A stretch of DNA of 64,000 nt from Vitrella brassicaformis CCMP3155 (GCA_001179505.1 CDMY01000350.1:1-64000); one strand, 5' to 3'; shown: positions 25,008 through 36,261, numbered from the stretch's first letter. A program made the numbers and translations. The notes: generated by a model not told the origin, from the sequence alone.

Positions 25008-26866
25008 TCAACAGCCCCACTTGAATCGCACCATGACGCCCCAGTGGTCCGACACATGCCGACCACAGGGCAGCTTCTCGCGGCCCACCAGCTGCATCCG
25101 CTCTGGCCGCAACGCTTGCTGACACCCACCACGACTGGCCACATAGACACGGTCGAACCGATGGCTGGCCGACACACACACACAGCATCCATCCTCCATC
25201 GACGTGAAGGTGGGTGTGCAGTCCAGTGCTTAGCCTACGGCGGCAGTTTGTTCTTGATTCCTTCCTTGCGCATCCAGTGCTGTATGTTGACGTTGTCGGA
25301 CGGCACGTAGGTGTTGCCGCAGTCCCCCGGGCAGCCCAGCAGCGAGTACACATCCGACAAACGACCACTGGGCAGCTCTGCAGACATGTACCCCAAGGCA
25401 GACACAGCAACACAGACGCGCACGCCGTGTGTGTCATGTTTTTTGTATGTGTTTGTGTCGCTCACACACACACACACCTGAGAGTTCCTCGTCGCGAATG
25501 TTGAGGTCCTCCGCCATGATAAGGGACCCGAGATCGGGAGACGACGAGCGGTCATCCAGCAACCTTACGCGCACACAGACAAGAGAGCCAGGCGTAAGCA
25601 GACAGACATCCAGATGAAGTACATCCATCCTCTCCTGGCTGCTCATCTCACTTGATGATGGTCCGGCCAGCGTCCCTCAGCTGCTCTCGCCGGAACTGGT
25701 TGCTGCAGGCGCATGGACTGCAGTGTGGGTGCTGTGGTCGGCTCGGCTGGTGTGCGGTTGACTCACTCACTCAGTCACTCACTTGTTGCTGCGGTGGCCG
25801 CTGTCGAGGTGTGTGTTGCACAGCAGCAACTCCGTGTCGCCACTGGCGCCATCAACCGGCCTCACCCGCACATGGCAGAGGCGCCTGCACCCACACAGAA
25901 ACCAGCTACGTGTGATCTGATCCCTTTGGCTGCCTGTCTTCATCCCTGGCATAGGTGACTGAACTGACCGCAGCTTCTCGTCGCCCCTCTTGCCGATCTG
26001 CCCGCGCCGGTACCAATGAGTATCGGGCGAGCCGCCTACATGCCCGACACATACACAGGCTGCTCCAATTGCCGCCTTGCTTCCCAGCCGCCCTCCCTCC
26101 CTGCCGCTCACCGATGACATTCAGCGATCGCTTCAACACCAACGTCACGTTGAGAGGGTCAACTCTGCCGGCAGCCAGACAGGAAGGCAGGGACGCAAGT
26201 GAGTCGACTCACTGCGTATGCCGTCATGTCATGTGTCTGCTCTGCATGTGCTGGCGTACTCCCGCCCCGATGGGTGTTGTGGTACGAGGACATGGTATTC
26301 GTCGCCGAGGTAGTGCTCGCCGCCCGGCGCACTCAACTGTATCTGCATTCACGCATACAATACAGCCAGAAATGTGTGCATGGCCAGCCAGCAAGCCGGC
26401 CAGGCACGCGCGCACACAGAGAGTGGCCCTTACCGCCCTGAGCGGCGTGACTTCCTGCAGAAACACGATGTCCGGCTGCTCCTTCCGAATCAGCGCGACC
26501 AGGGCCCTCTGCCGCTCCTCGCGGTCGGTGTCCTCAACGTCGATATTCCTGCAACACACAACACACCACACCACCCATATATACAGCACACCACATGCAC
26601 TGCGATGCGATGCATGTCAGTCCTGTGCGTGTGTGGTCACCAGGTCAGAAATGTCAAAGCCAGCGGTCCGCTGCGCTTTGCCGGCGATGATGCGGCAGCA
26701 GATGCAGAGGCGCTCTCCGCCCCGCCATCAGTCCGCGCCTGCAGCCATCCGCAAACCGCATGTGGGAGAGATGGGAGAGATGGGTTCGGCATCTCCCTTG
26801 TTTGACCTTTTTCTTCGCAGGTTCGTCAGCAATGGTGCCCTTGTCGCCCTCTTCCTTCGCCGACAT
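25008..26866 (-). CDS. TDP2: Tyrosyl-DNA phosphodiesterase 2-like (exonuclease/endonuclease/phosphatase family)
   Basis: LTFLTWNIDVED, QPDIVFLQEV, LLCNTHLDS, IMAEDLNIRDEE, HRFDRVY, LVGREKLPCGRHVSDHWG. Exon 1 is MSAKEEGDKG...KKK, spliced in phase. Confidence 0.85.
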
Positions 26867-27074
26867 CTCAAGCTCCAAAACTTCGCCCCGATCGCATCTG
26901 CGAGCTCAAAAGCTCACACCTTTGGAGAGCCAGATCTGTTATCTTGACGTGCCTGAGGACCGTTCATACGTCCACCATTCAATTCGGTCAAGCTGGATCT
27001 TCCGCCAATTCGTCTATTCAGTTGACACAGCTGATCTCTCACCGGCTGGTTTTCCCGCTTCCTCTGTAGAGGGA

Positions 27075-29046
27075 ATGAGCAGCCCGCCGCTGTTTTCGAC
27101 GTCTTACCCGTCGGCCAGTGTGCCGCCGCCGACGCAGCATGCAGCCCCCGTGATGAGCCGCCGCATCCAGGTATCAGGCGGCGAGTCCATCGAGGTGCGC
27201 GCAACCATGCCCCTCTCGCCACCGCCTGTCAAGGTACGTACGTGGGCATGAACAGTAAGTACAGTTCCAAAGGGAAAGGAATGGGTCGGTCTGATTGATT
27301 CCCATTGATGGATTTCCTCTGTCTGTTTCCTCGGTAGGTGAGTCGCCACAGCTGTCATGGGTGGGAGTTCGACAGCCGCAAGGGCGTCATGTGGACGCAC
27401 GGAGACCTCGACAGGTTCGTGTGGTGTTGTGTGTTGGGCGGGTCTGGTCAGAAGAGGGGTTTGTTTCGTGCTGCACTCACTGATTTTCCTCTCAAGTTGT
27501 CCCTCCCTCTGTGCATGTGTGTGATGTGATACATATCAGCCGTGGTCGTGCTCACACGGGTGAGATATCCTTCCCCGACGCCGTCTTTGGCGACAACCGG
27601 CTCACCATCCGCCACCCATCCCGAGGCTTCTCCATCACTTTCGAGCCGCTCGAGGCCCTCAAGGGCTGCAAACTCACGTACGCACGGACAAACGGACAAC
27701 GAGTCGAGCAATGGGAGCTGAAGAGGTTGCCATGCCTTCCTTGTGTGTCGTGGCCTGCAGTGACCCATCTTGCTTCTGTGCGCCCAAGAGGGACTTTGAG
27801 CCTTCCATTCCGAAGGTGTCTTATGCGGATCAGTGGCTCAAGAGGAGCCAGGCCGTCGAGTAAGGACCACACACCACACCACACCACACCACACCACACA
27901 CATCACATGGAAACATGGCTGTGTGGTGTGTCTGCAGGGAGTGGGCCGAGGTGAAGAAGCCCGCCATGACTTACGACTGGACATACTCGACACCCTACTG
28001 GGGACACATGGAGCGGACTGATGACGCGACGCCGGTACGCGCGCGAGAAACATTATCTCGGCTGCAGGCATGTCTTTCTGTGTGTGTATGTGTGCAGTGC
28101 GATGATGGGTGTATGTCTGTGCTGCCGATGGATCGTCTGGTGCGGCAGGACCCCATTGCTTGGTACGACCAGGTGGGTAAACCAACACAATCACGAACAC
28201 ACAGCACAACGACACACACATGTGTGTGCAAGTGTGCATCCGGCCCTCTATGTGCGTGTGTGTGTGTGCAGGTGCCGCTGTTTGAGAGCGACCTTGATGA
28301 CAATGGCGTTTCCAGAATGTTCGTCAAAGTGGTACGCACAGTGAATGCATGGAGGCGCCTTCGCACTCCATCGGCCCACTGCCGTGTTTGTTTGCTGATC
28401 TGTCCATCGTCAGCGTGTGATGCCCACTTTCTGGTTTGTGCTGCTTCGGTGCGACATCCGTGTCGACAACGTCATGCTCAGACAGGTAAGGCGACAGCAG
28501 ATGTGTGTGGAGAAGACACAACAAACGTGCCCTCCCTCTCCCCGTGTGTGTGGATCAGATCGACACGCGCGTCTTTCACGATTTCGGCGAGGCTGAGGTG
28601 CTGCGCGAGTTCACCTGGAAAGAGGGCACCTTTGAGCAGCTCGCACAGGTGAATCCACAGCTCCAGAAATGTGTGAACTTGTGTATGTGTGTACTTGTGG
28701 ATGTGTGTGTGCATTGCAGCGTGGCTGTGACCTGGGTGCTGGGTCGCCACATATATCACACGAGACCTGCGGCACACACCTCCTCACACAAGTAGGTGGC
28801 TGGGTGGGATCGGTCGAGAAATATGAGAGCAATCCCGTATCTGCTTGACTGTGTGTGTGTGTGTGTGTGTGTCGTGTGCAGGATGACATCAAGTGGCGTG
28901 TGATGCAGAGCATCCCACTGGTGGGTCATTCTGCCGGTGATATCAACGGCGGCCCAGAGCACCTCACGTCGAAGACACAGTCAAATGGGGAGGGGGGCGG
29001 CGGCATGCAGGACGACGAGACAATGGCGAGTGCCGGGCGGCCGTAG
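27075..29046 (+). CDS. TIPRL: TIP41-like PP2A regulator
   Basis: FPDAVFGDNRLTIRH..FSITFEPLEAL, YDWTYSTPYWG, DPIAWYDQVPLFESDLDDNGVSRMFVKVRVMPTFWFVLLR..RVDNVMLRQIDTRVFHDF...VLREFTWKE. Confidence 0.92.
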
Positions 29047-29109
29047 GGGCGGTGCTGAGAGAGGCCTCTCTGCAGTCATTGCTGTGCATTAGCTTATCCT
29101 CCTGCCCCA

Positions 29110-29290
29110 GACAGACAGACATCAGACACAGGGGGTGAGTGACGTCAGCTGTGTGTCGCTGAGATGGATGATTGATAAACTGACTCAAGCAGTACTCATA
29201 GCTGGGGCCTTCTGCGCCCGCCGCCAGAGTCGTCCTCCATCGCCCCGTCAGTTGGTCAGATCAACGTCGGTCGAAGAGATGATGGCCACA
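29110..29290 (-). pseudogene. Remnant of the 3' end and 3' flank of the ankyrin gene family (paralogous to 33451-33610)
   Basis: Shares AGACAGACAGACATCA, GAGATGGATGATTGA..TGACTCAAGCAGTAC and CGCCGCCAGAGTCGTCCTC..CATCGCCCC. Minus frame TDGAMEDDSGG compares with ADGAMDEDDSGG in the intact gene. Confidence 0.75.
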
Positions 29291-29367
29291 TCTGTGTTGA
29301 TCGATGTCATCACAGCAGCTCTTTGAGCATCTCACAGACACTCCAGGCGGCCCTGTTGTCATCAAAA
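29286..29367 (+). promoter_or_regulatory. Orphan copy of the conserved upstream element of class A family genes
   Basis: Aligns to the reverse complement of 57075-57157 and to 31155-31200. Core is GCATCTCAC.GACAC.CCAGGCGGCCCTGTTGTCA.CAAA. No class A ORF follows it. Confidence 0.65.
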
Positions 29368-29726
29368 TGATTGGAAAAGGGCGGTGCAGAGGTGTTTGGA
29401 GACAGCAAGACTCCCACCACAGGCACACACTCATGCTCACAGACAGGCCTTCCTCAACAGATGATGCATACGTTGTGTGTCGGTTTCATCCACGGTGGCT
29501 TGTGTCTCATGACGAGGATATAGGTCTGGTGATTTATGTCTATCAAACGAGTCGAGGGTGCACATTCATTCATTCATTCACGTGAACAAACCAGTCAGTC
29601 AAAAGAGTCCGATAGAAACGAGTGGACATTCATCGATCCATGCATACTTGCAAAATGTAGTCAGCCTTGCTCCGCCACTAACACGGCTCGGTCAACATGC
29701 CAGAACACCTATCAAGCCAGCACCCC

Positions 29727-30761
29727 TCAGCCCACCACCCTCTCCCTGTCGATGACGTCACGCTCGAGACCGAATGGCCGCAGCACACGGCGGGCGGCAC
29801 CAACCGACACAGGGTAGCGGTCTGCGAGCGGAAGTAGCTGTACAGCCACAGATTCCTCGGTCGTGTACAGCTCGATGTCGCCCCACCATACGCACAGGTG
29901 CGCAGCGACGGTCTCATTGGGCCGCCAGCCGCTCAGAATCACATCACGAACGTCCCTCGCATCAGCAGCATTAAGATTGCCCCAATCCAAGCGATAGTCG
30001 ACCGCGATGCCCTGACCCTCTGTGATGTCGTCGGTCCTCAGCAGACGGCCACAGCGAAAGTCGTCACGGCCGATTCGTGCAGAGAGCACCAGCTTGCCCA
30101 CCCCCTCTTGACGGCGCCACCGGCAGAGCAGCCTCTTTAGCAAGAATGCCGAGAAGGAAGGGTAGAGCCATCCGCTCCAGCGGATGACAGGGTCGGTCCT
30201 CTGGTAGCCCTCAGCATAGGGATGGCCGGCAGGCAGCTCACCCAGCGGCACCACACCAAACGGCACCTCATTGCCGACCCGATAGGCCCCGTTGTCGGCT
30301 GGCTGCAGCGCCAGGCTGTGTGTGTTGTGTGTGACCATGTGGCCGAACAGCCGATAGATTGCCATCGCCAATGGCAGCTGGTGGAATGCCGTCCTGCTGG
30401 GCAGGTGGGCTGCCAGCCACTGAGCCGACAGCACCAGGGGCAGCCCATTGGCAGGGATCAGCCGATAGATGGCGGCCAGCCGGATGAACCGCCCCATCCC
30501 AGGCCACTCGTTGCTGCCCTGCTCCAGCACATAGGCCGCCCGCAGCACATAGCTGAATGGGAGAGGGGCGGTGCGGTCGATGTCGATGAGGCCGGTGAGG
30601 GAGTGGCGGGCGAGGGAGCCGTCGATGCGCTCCACCAGCAGAGCGGCGGTCACTAGAGCCGCCTTCGCTTGGCAGGCCGCTCTGACACAGACCGCCTCAT
30701 GGACGAGAAGGGACGGCAGAATGCGCCGGCGCCACAGCTCGTCGGGCACCAAATCAGACAT
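29727..30761 (-). CDS. Intronless family member, class B (F-box-like N-terminus), intact, 344 aa
   Basis: Uninterrupted ORF MSDLVPDELWRRRILPSLL...DVIDRERVVG with the shared core. Confidence 0.85.
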   Translation of the reverse strand: MSDLVPDELWRRRILPSLLVHEAVCVRAACQAKAALVTAALLVERIDGSLARHSLTGLIDIDRTAPLPFSYVLRAAYVLEQGSNEWPGMGRFIRLAAIYRLIPANGLPLVLSAQWLAAHLPSRTAFHQLPLAMAIYRLFGHMVTHNTHSLALQPADNGAYRVGNEVPFGVVPLGELPAGHPYAEGYQRTDPVIRWSGWLYPSFSAFLLKRLLCRWRRQEGVGKLVLSARIGRDDFRCGRLLRTDDITEGQGIAVDYRLDWGNLNAADARDVRDVILSGWRPNETVAAHLCVWWGDIELYTTEESVAVQLLPLADRYPVSVGAARRVLRPFGLERDVIDRERVVG

Positions 30762-31416
30762 CGCCTCGAATCACTCACTCAGTCAGCGCATGGCAAACAC
30801 CTGCCAGACAGCACACAGGACACACACAAGGAAGCAGAGAGCGACTGCACACATGGGCGCCAGGTCTGCGCGACGAATGTGGTTCTTCTCTCACCCTTCA
30901 TAAGTTGACCACGTGCAGTGCAGGAGGCACAACGACGCCGGCCCGTGTGATCATGAAGCCTCTGTCCGCTCACTCGCACAGATCAACGAGGCAGAAGGCG
31001 CCTCAGACCTGCCCAACCGCACACAGAAATCACACAAGCTGTCATCCCGGTGCCATCAGCCCCTCCCACCGCCCTCGCACCTTCAATTGGCCACTTGAGC
31101 CTTCCTCAGAGAGGAGGTGGCATTATGTGTGTGGATCGACATCATCTCAGGAGGTCTTTGTGTGCATCACAGAGACCCTGCACCGCCCTGTTGTCATCGC
31201 AAAGACAAAGAGATCTGCAAAAAACCAAGCTCGCAGATGGTCCCGGACGTCTTCCCCCGTCTTGGGAGATTTCGGAAATCCCAAGCCACTCAGTGAAGGT
31301 AAAGAGATGCAAGAGAAGCAGACGAAGCTTGGAGAGCGCTTCACGAGCTGTTTGTGTCTGTCCCAGTGCTTCAGATCTCTCACATCACGCTTCGCTGAGG
31401 CCTCAGGACACTCACG

Positions 31417-32547
31417 ATGCAGCCCACTGGTGCAGCCCACTCCTCGTCCCGTCCCCCCAGCCCTGCCCTCTTCCAGCCCGCCGACCTCTTTGACCTGTCA
31501 TTGCCCATCAGCAAGATGGCCGCCATGGCCATGGCGACTGACGATGCCAAACGAGCCGCTCTCCGCTCGCAGCTCGCCACCCGCACTCGGCAACAGGAGC
31601 TGCTGGGCCACACTGCGGAGACCGTCAACAGCACCCTGCTCAACGCCGTCCAGCGCCACATCCACAAGGCCATCACTCGTCTCGGCCTGGCGGACGTGTT
31701 GGCCTTCGACATTGGCGATAATGTGGAGGCCGGCTTGAAGGTGGTCAATGTGCTGGAGCGGGGCAGTGGCGAGGAGTGGCGGGCGATGGGGCGGTTTCTT
31801 CGGATGGCCTTCATCTACCGGCTCACCCCTGCTGATGCGACGCGGCCTCTCCGGCTGTCGGCCGACGTGCTGCCCACAGCAACGGCATTCCACCAGCTGC
31901 CCCTCGCCATGGCCATCTACAAAATCATCGGCCACATGCTGACATATGGAGGGACCAGCCTGGCGCTGCAGCAGACCGACGACAACGGACACTATCGAAT
32001 CGAAGATCAGTTGTTTCGTGTGGTGCCGTTGGGTGAGCTGCCGGGCGGCCATCGCTATGCTGAGGGCTACAAGCGGACCGACCCTGTCATCCGACGGGGC
32101 AGCGTCCTCTATCCCTCATTCTCGACATTCTTGATGGTCAATGTGCTCGCCAGGTGGTCGGATGGAGAGGGAGTGGGCGACAGGCTGGTGCTGTCGGCAT
32201 GCATCGGCCGTGATGACCCTCGCTATGGCCGACTGCTGATCGACGCCATTACAGAGGATCAGGGCATCGCTGTCGACTACCGCAATGACGGGGGCGATCT
32301 GAATGATGCTGATGGGAGGACTGCTCGTTCTGTAATAGTGAGCGGCTGGCGACTCAACGAGACTGTGGCTGCCTACCTGTGGGTTAATTTGGGCGCCATC
32401 CATCTGTGCACGACCGAGGCACTCGTCGGCGATCGGTCTCAGCCGCTCGCCGACCGCTTCCGAGTGTCCGTTGGTGCCGCCTGCCGTCTGCTGCGGCCAT
32501 TCGGTCTGGAGAGTGACGTCATGGACAGGGGGACGGTGGTGGGGTGA
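31417..32547 (+). CDS. Intronless family member, class A, intact, 376 aa
   Basis: Uninterrupted ORF MQPTGAAHSSSRPPSPALFQPADLFDLSLPISKMAAM...DVMDRGTVVG. Confidence 0.85.
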   Translation: MQPTGAAHSSSRPPSPALFQPADLFDLSLPISKMAAMAMATDDAKRAALRSQLATRTRQQELLGHTAETVNSTLLNAVQRHIHKAITRLGLADVLAFDIGDNVEAGLKVVNVLERGSGEEWRAMGRFLRMAFIYRLTPADATRPLRLSADVLPTATAFHQLPLAMAIYKIIGHMLTYGGTSLALQQTDDNGHYRIEDQLFRVVPLGELPGGHRYAEGYKRTDPVIRRGSVLYPSFSTFLMVNVLARWSDGEGVGDRLVLSACIGRDDPRYGRLLIDAITEDQGIAVDYRNDGGDLNDADGRTARSVIVSGWRLNETVAAYLWVNLGAIHLCTTEALVGDRSQPLADRFRVSVGAACRLLRPFGLESDVMDRGTVVG

Positions 32548-33508
32548 GGGATGTCGGCTGGCGATTGGGCTGTTGTTGGTGCGTTTAATGGGTGGAGAGG
32601 GCTGTCTGTCTGTCTGTCTGCCTGCACGCCGACTGACGAGCAGCGGTGGAAGGAGACTGAGTGATTTGAAATGGGTGGTTGACTGCATTGTGTGCCATGG
32701 GTGGATGGGCGAATGTTCTACTCGTTTTTGTCGGACTCACTTGACTGCATGGCCTCACTCAAATGATTGAATGAATGAAGCACACAGTAATGTGTGAGTG
32801 GTTAGAGATGTCAAGTGTGTGAGTGATTAGTTTGGTGTGCATAGGCGTGCGGCTCGACACACACTGATCAACACGATGCACATGAAGTGATGCACTCACA
32901 CAGGAAGTCACCACACATTCATTCACACTCCCACATACACGCAGAGAGAGACAGTCCACTCACGAACTGCCACCCGTCCGTCGGCCAATACCCAGGCGGT
33001 GTGCTCGTGAATGCACAAAGCCGCATCTCTACCGCAAGGTACCTAACGCAGCAACACACGGACACTCCCCTTCCCCCTTTCCCCCCCTCTCAGTCAGTCA
33101 GTCAGTCAGTCACCACACACCCATGTACGCACACACAGAGAGAGAGAGAGGCTGTGGGAGAGGAGAGGTCATGATTGCTGCACACATGACCGTTCGTCGA
33201 GGCCGCCTCCCTCCCCTGCAGCACAAGCCAGCTAGCTAAGGCGGGCAAAGGCCGGCCCCTCCCGCCCTCTCTGAGTCAGTCAGTCAGTCAGTCTATCGGC
33301 AATATGGATGCTACACACCCCTCAGCCCCACCTCTATCTACTCGTCTGCGACATCCATCGCGCCGTCAGCATCCTCTGCCTCGGCGTCGCCATGGTCCGC
33401 TCCCGCAGGAGGATCGACATACGCTGCATTAATGAATCGACGGGAGACGCAGACAGACAGACATCACACACAGTGAGCTGTGTTGAGATGGATGATTGAC
33501 TACTTGAC

Positions 33509-35671
33509 TCAAGCAGTACCGAGGAATGGGTCTTGCATGTCTCGTGGCTGTGGCCTCCTGGGTCTGAAGGTGTCCTCCTCGCCGCCAGAGTCGTCCTCAT
33601 CCATCGCCCCATCTGCATCCTCCCCCTCCTCCATCGCACCCTCACCCCTGCCACCACCGCCACCACCGTCGTGGCCATCACCACCACCCTGCGGCGCCCC
33701 GCTACCATCCCCACCATCGCCATCGCCGTCGGCGAAGGGGTCGGTCGGCCCATCGAATCGCCGAAACATCCCCGTCCTGTCGATGTAGCCCAGCTGGCCC
33801 CAGTCGAAGTGGCAGTCGTCATTGCCAACGAGGGTGTTGAAGCCCTTGACCATCGGCGGCAGCTGACACTTGTCCTTCTTGTCCTGCCGCTTGGCCTTCT
33901 TGTCATGAAGCTTGTCCAGCTCGGCTTGCCACTTGGCGATCTCGTCCAGGCGCGCCTTGTGCACCACCTCCTTGAGCCCGAGACGGCCATGTTTGTGCAC
34001 CGCCTCACGTGGACGGCTGTCGGCTCTGTCGGCAAGGGCGAAGTATTGGAGTGGCGGCTTGGACGCCTTGGCTCGCTTGGCACCTGGCTCATCCCCATCC
34101 TCTCCGTCATCATCCGGCTGCTGTACGAGTCGTGTCCCTCCGACCACCTCCCCATTGCCGACCACCTCCAGCGACGCCGCCCTGAAGACGAACACCTTCA
34201 TGGCCGCATTGATGCGCCGGCCGATCTCCGTCACGTTCTGCACGGGGCGGCGGCTGTGCCACGTGTGCTCGAGTGCCGATGGGTCGATGAAGAACGACGC
34301 AACGCGCCAGGCGGTTTCCGACATGCCCTTGCCGGCGAATGGCGTCTCGTCGTCCTGCCAGGGGGCCACCGGATGGGCGTGTGTGGGGAGGGGGGGAGGG
34401 GCCACGGAGCGGCGGTATGGGTCGAATGAGGGGAAAACGGCCTTGAGCTGCTGGGCGGTGGCCTTGGGAAGCGCCTGGGTCAGCACGTCGGCCATCTTGC
34501 GCATGGGGTGCAGGGCGGCATTGACGCACCGCATGACGCCAAAAGGCAGCTCCTCGAGGACCGTAACGTACTCGGCCAACGCCAGCTGGAAAACCTTGGG
34601 CTTGTCGGTGCGGCGGCTGTGTGGGATGCGGGAGATGTCGGCGCCGGCCCTCAGGAGCTCGCGGATGCTGCGCTTGCGGTGGGGAATGTCTCTGGTGGCT
34701 CTGTCTCGGACGGATTCCGAGACAAGTCTGTCTGGTTTCTCCGCCCACTCAATCTCGAGATTGAGCCTCCACGCAGCAACACAGAGGGGTGTGTCGTCAG
34801 TGTCGTCCGGTGTCCCCCTGTCGACATCATCAGCGGTCAGACGGGAGCACAGAGACGTGACCCCTTGATGGGAGCCGCACCGTGCCGCTCTGTACAATGC
34901 CGTCCGCCCCTCCTCGTCACGTGCCCTGATGTCCGCTCCGTTGGCCACCAGCATGTCAACGTACTGGTTGACGAATTGCTGGGAGAAGGCGTGAATGGTG
35001 CCGGCCGCAGAATGCAACGCGTCTTGTGCGATGGCGAGAGTGTCGTCGATATCGACGAGCCGCCGGTAGGTCGACAGAAGCCAGTCCTCGTGCACCTCGG
35101 TCGGCTGGTCCGTCGGCAATGTCTGTGGCACCGCCAGCTCCCGATTCGCCCCCCGCTTCAGCAGGAGGTCGATGGCGTTGTCGTTGCCCGACGCAATGGC
35201 CACTTGCAGGGGCGATGGCAGCGGGTCGCCGTCTTCATTGACGCCGCCATTGACATCCGCCCCACCATCGATGAGGGCGGTGAGGATCTCATCCTGGATG
35301 TCGAGGGAGGGGCAGTGCGGCAGAGCGATGGGAGATTCATTGGGATGGTGCCGGACCCAGATGGACGGAACAGTGTTGTCGGTCATGTTGTCGATCGCGA
35401 GAGCGAGGATTGAGAAGGAACGAACAATGCCTTCGAAGGCGTCCTCCCAGGGCGCCTCCAGCTCAGGCACCAAGTTCAAATCGACTCCCCCGCTGATCAG
35501 CTGCGTGACGTCCTGTCCGCTCGGGAGGGTGCGGCCCAGGACACCATCCCACAGCTGTTCGCTTGGAGGGACATATGCTTCGACTGACATGGGGCCAACA
35601 GCGCGGTACCAGCTCATGTCAACGATGTCCGCTCGCTCCCAGCCACGGGGCAGAGCTGCGCCCTCGGCCAT
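33509..35671 (-). CDS. Intronless ankyrin-repeat protein (about 720 aa) with a Gly/acidic tail
   Basis: Ankyrin motifs ALIDGGADVN, SPLQVAIASGNDNAIDLLLKRGAN, MLVANGADIRARDEEGRTALYRAARCG, DTPLCVAA, ELLRAGADI. First plausible ATG is MAEGAA at 35671. Confidence 0.85.
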   Translation of the reverse strand: MAEGAALPRGWERADIVDMSWYRAVGPMSVEAYVPPSEQLWDGVLGRTLPSGQDVTQLISGGVDLNLVPELEAPWEDAFEGIVRSFSILALAIDNMTDNTVPSIWVRHHPNESPIALPHCPSLDIQDEILTALIDGGADVNGGVNEDGDPLPSPLQVAIASGNDNAIDLLLKRGANRELAVPQTLPTDQPTEVHEDWLLSTYRRLVDIDDTLAIAQDALHSAAGTIHAFSQQFVNQYVDMLVANGADIRARDEEGRTALYRAARCGSHQGVTSLCSRLTADDVDRGTPDDTDDTPLCVAAWRLNLEIEWAEKPDRLVSESVRDRATRDIPHRKRSIRELLRAGADISRIPHSRRTDKPKVFQLALAEYVTVLEELPFGVMRCVNAALHPMRKMADVLTQALPKATAQQLKAVFPSFDPYRRSVAPPPLPTHAHPVAPWQDDETPFAGKGMSETAWRVASFFIDPSALEHTWHSRRPVQNVTEIGRRINAAMKVFVFRAASLEVVGNGEVVGGTRLVQQPDDDGEDGDEPGAKRAKASKPPLQYFALADRADSRPREAVHKHGRLGLKEVVHKARLDEIAKWQAELDKLHDKKAKRQDKKDKCQLPPMVKGFNTLVGNDDCHFDWGQLGYIDRTGMFRRFDGPTDPFADGDGDGGDGSGAPQGGGDGHDGGGGGGRGEGAMEEGEDADGAMDEDDSGGEEDTFRPRRPQPRDMQDPFLGTA

Positions 35672-36261
35672 GATGTGGTCGTCACCGATCACTGCATGTA
35701 CCACACACACGGACCAATCACACGTATGCCCGTCGGCTCCATGAATGAGTGCCCGTCTGCTCTCCCTCGCTCGCCTCTGTCCGCCTCACCTGAGTGTGCG
35801 CGAGAATGGCATCATGCAGGCTGCAGGCCGCAACACCACTCACCCACAGCAAGCTACCTCTCAGCACAACACTCGAAAATGAGTGCCTGATGCAGCCATC
35901 ACAACACGTGGAGGAGATCCCTGCAGCCATCACAGCACAACGATGTGTGGCGCGTGAGGCGGTCTCTCTTGCGTGAATGTATGGATTACTTGCTGCAGAG
36001 ATGTGGGCAGCACCCTGAAAGGCTATGGCATGGATGGGAAGCGCTCACACTGCTGCTCTATGGGCTATCTTTGCCGTCGAAAGCCGATGGATGGAAGGCC
36101 GCGCACTGGGCGGGCAGCGGACGAGCAACAAAGAAGGCGGCCCTGCGATGGTCAGCTGCCGGCTGCCCTCCTCCTTCAATCTCCACGGTTGCGAGCTCAG
36201 AGAATGCGTTGCGAGGCGTGATCTCCTCATGGCGTGATTGACAGCGTGTGGCGCATTGTCC

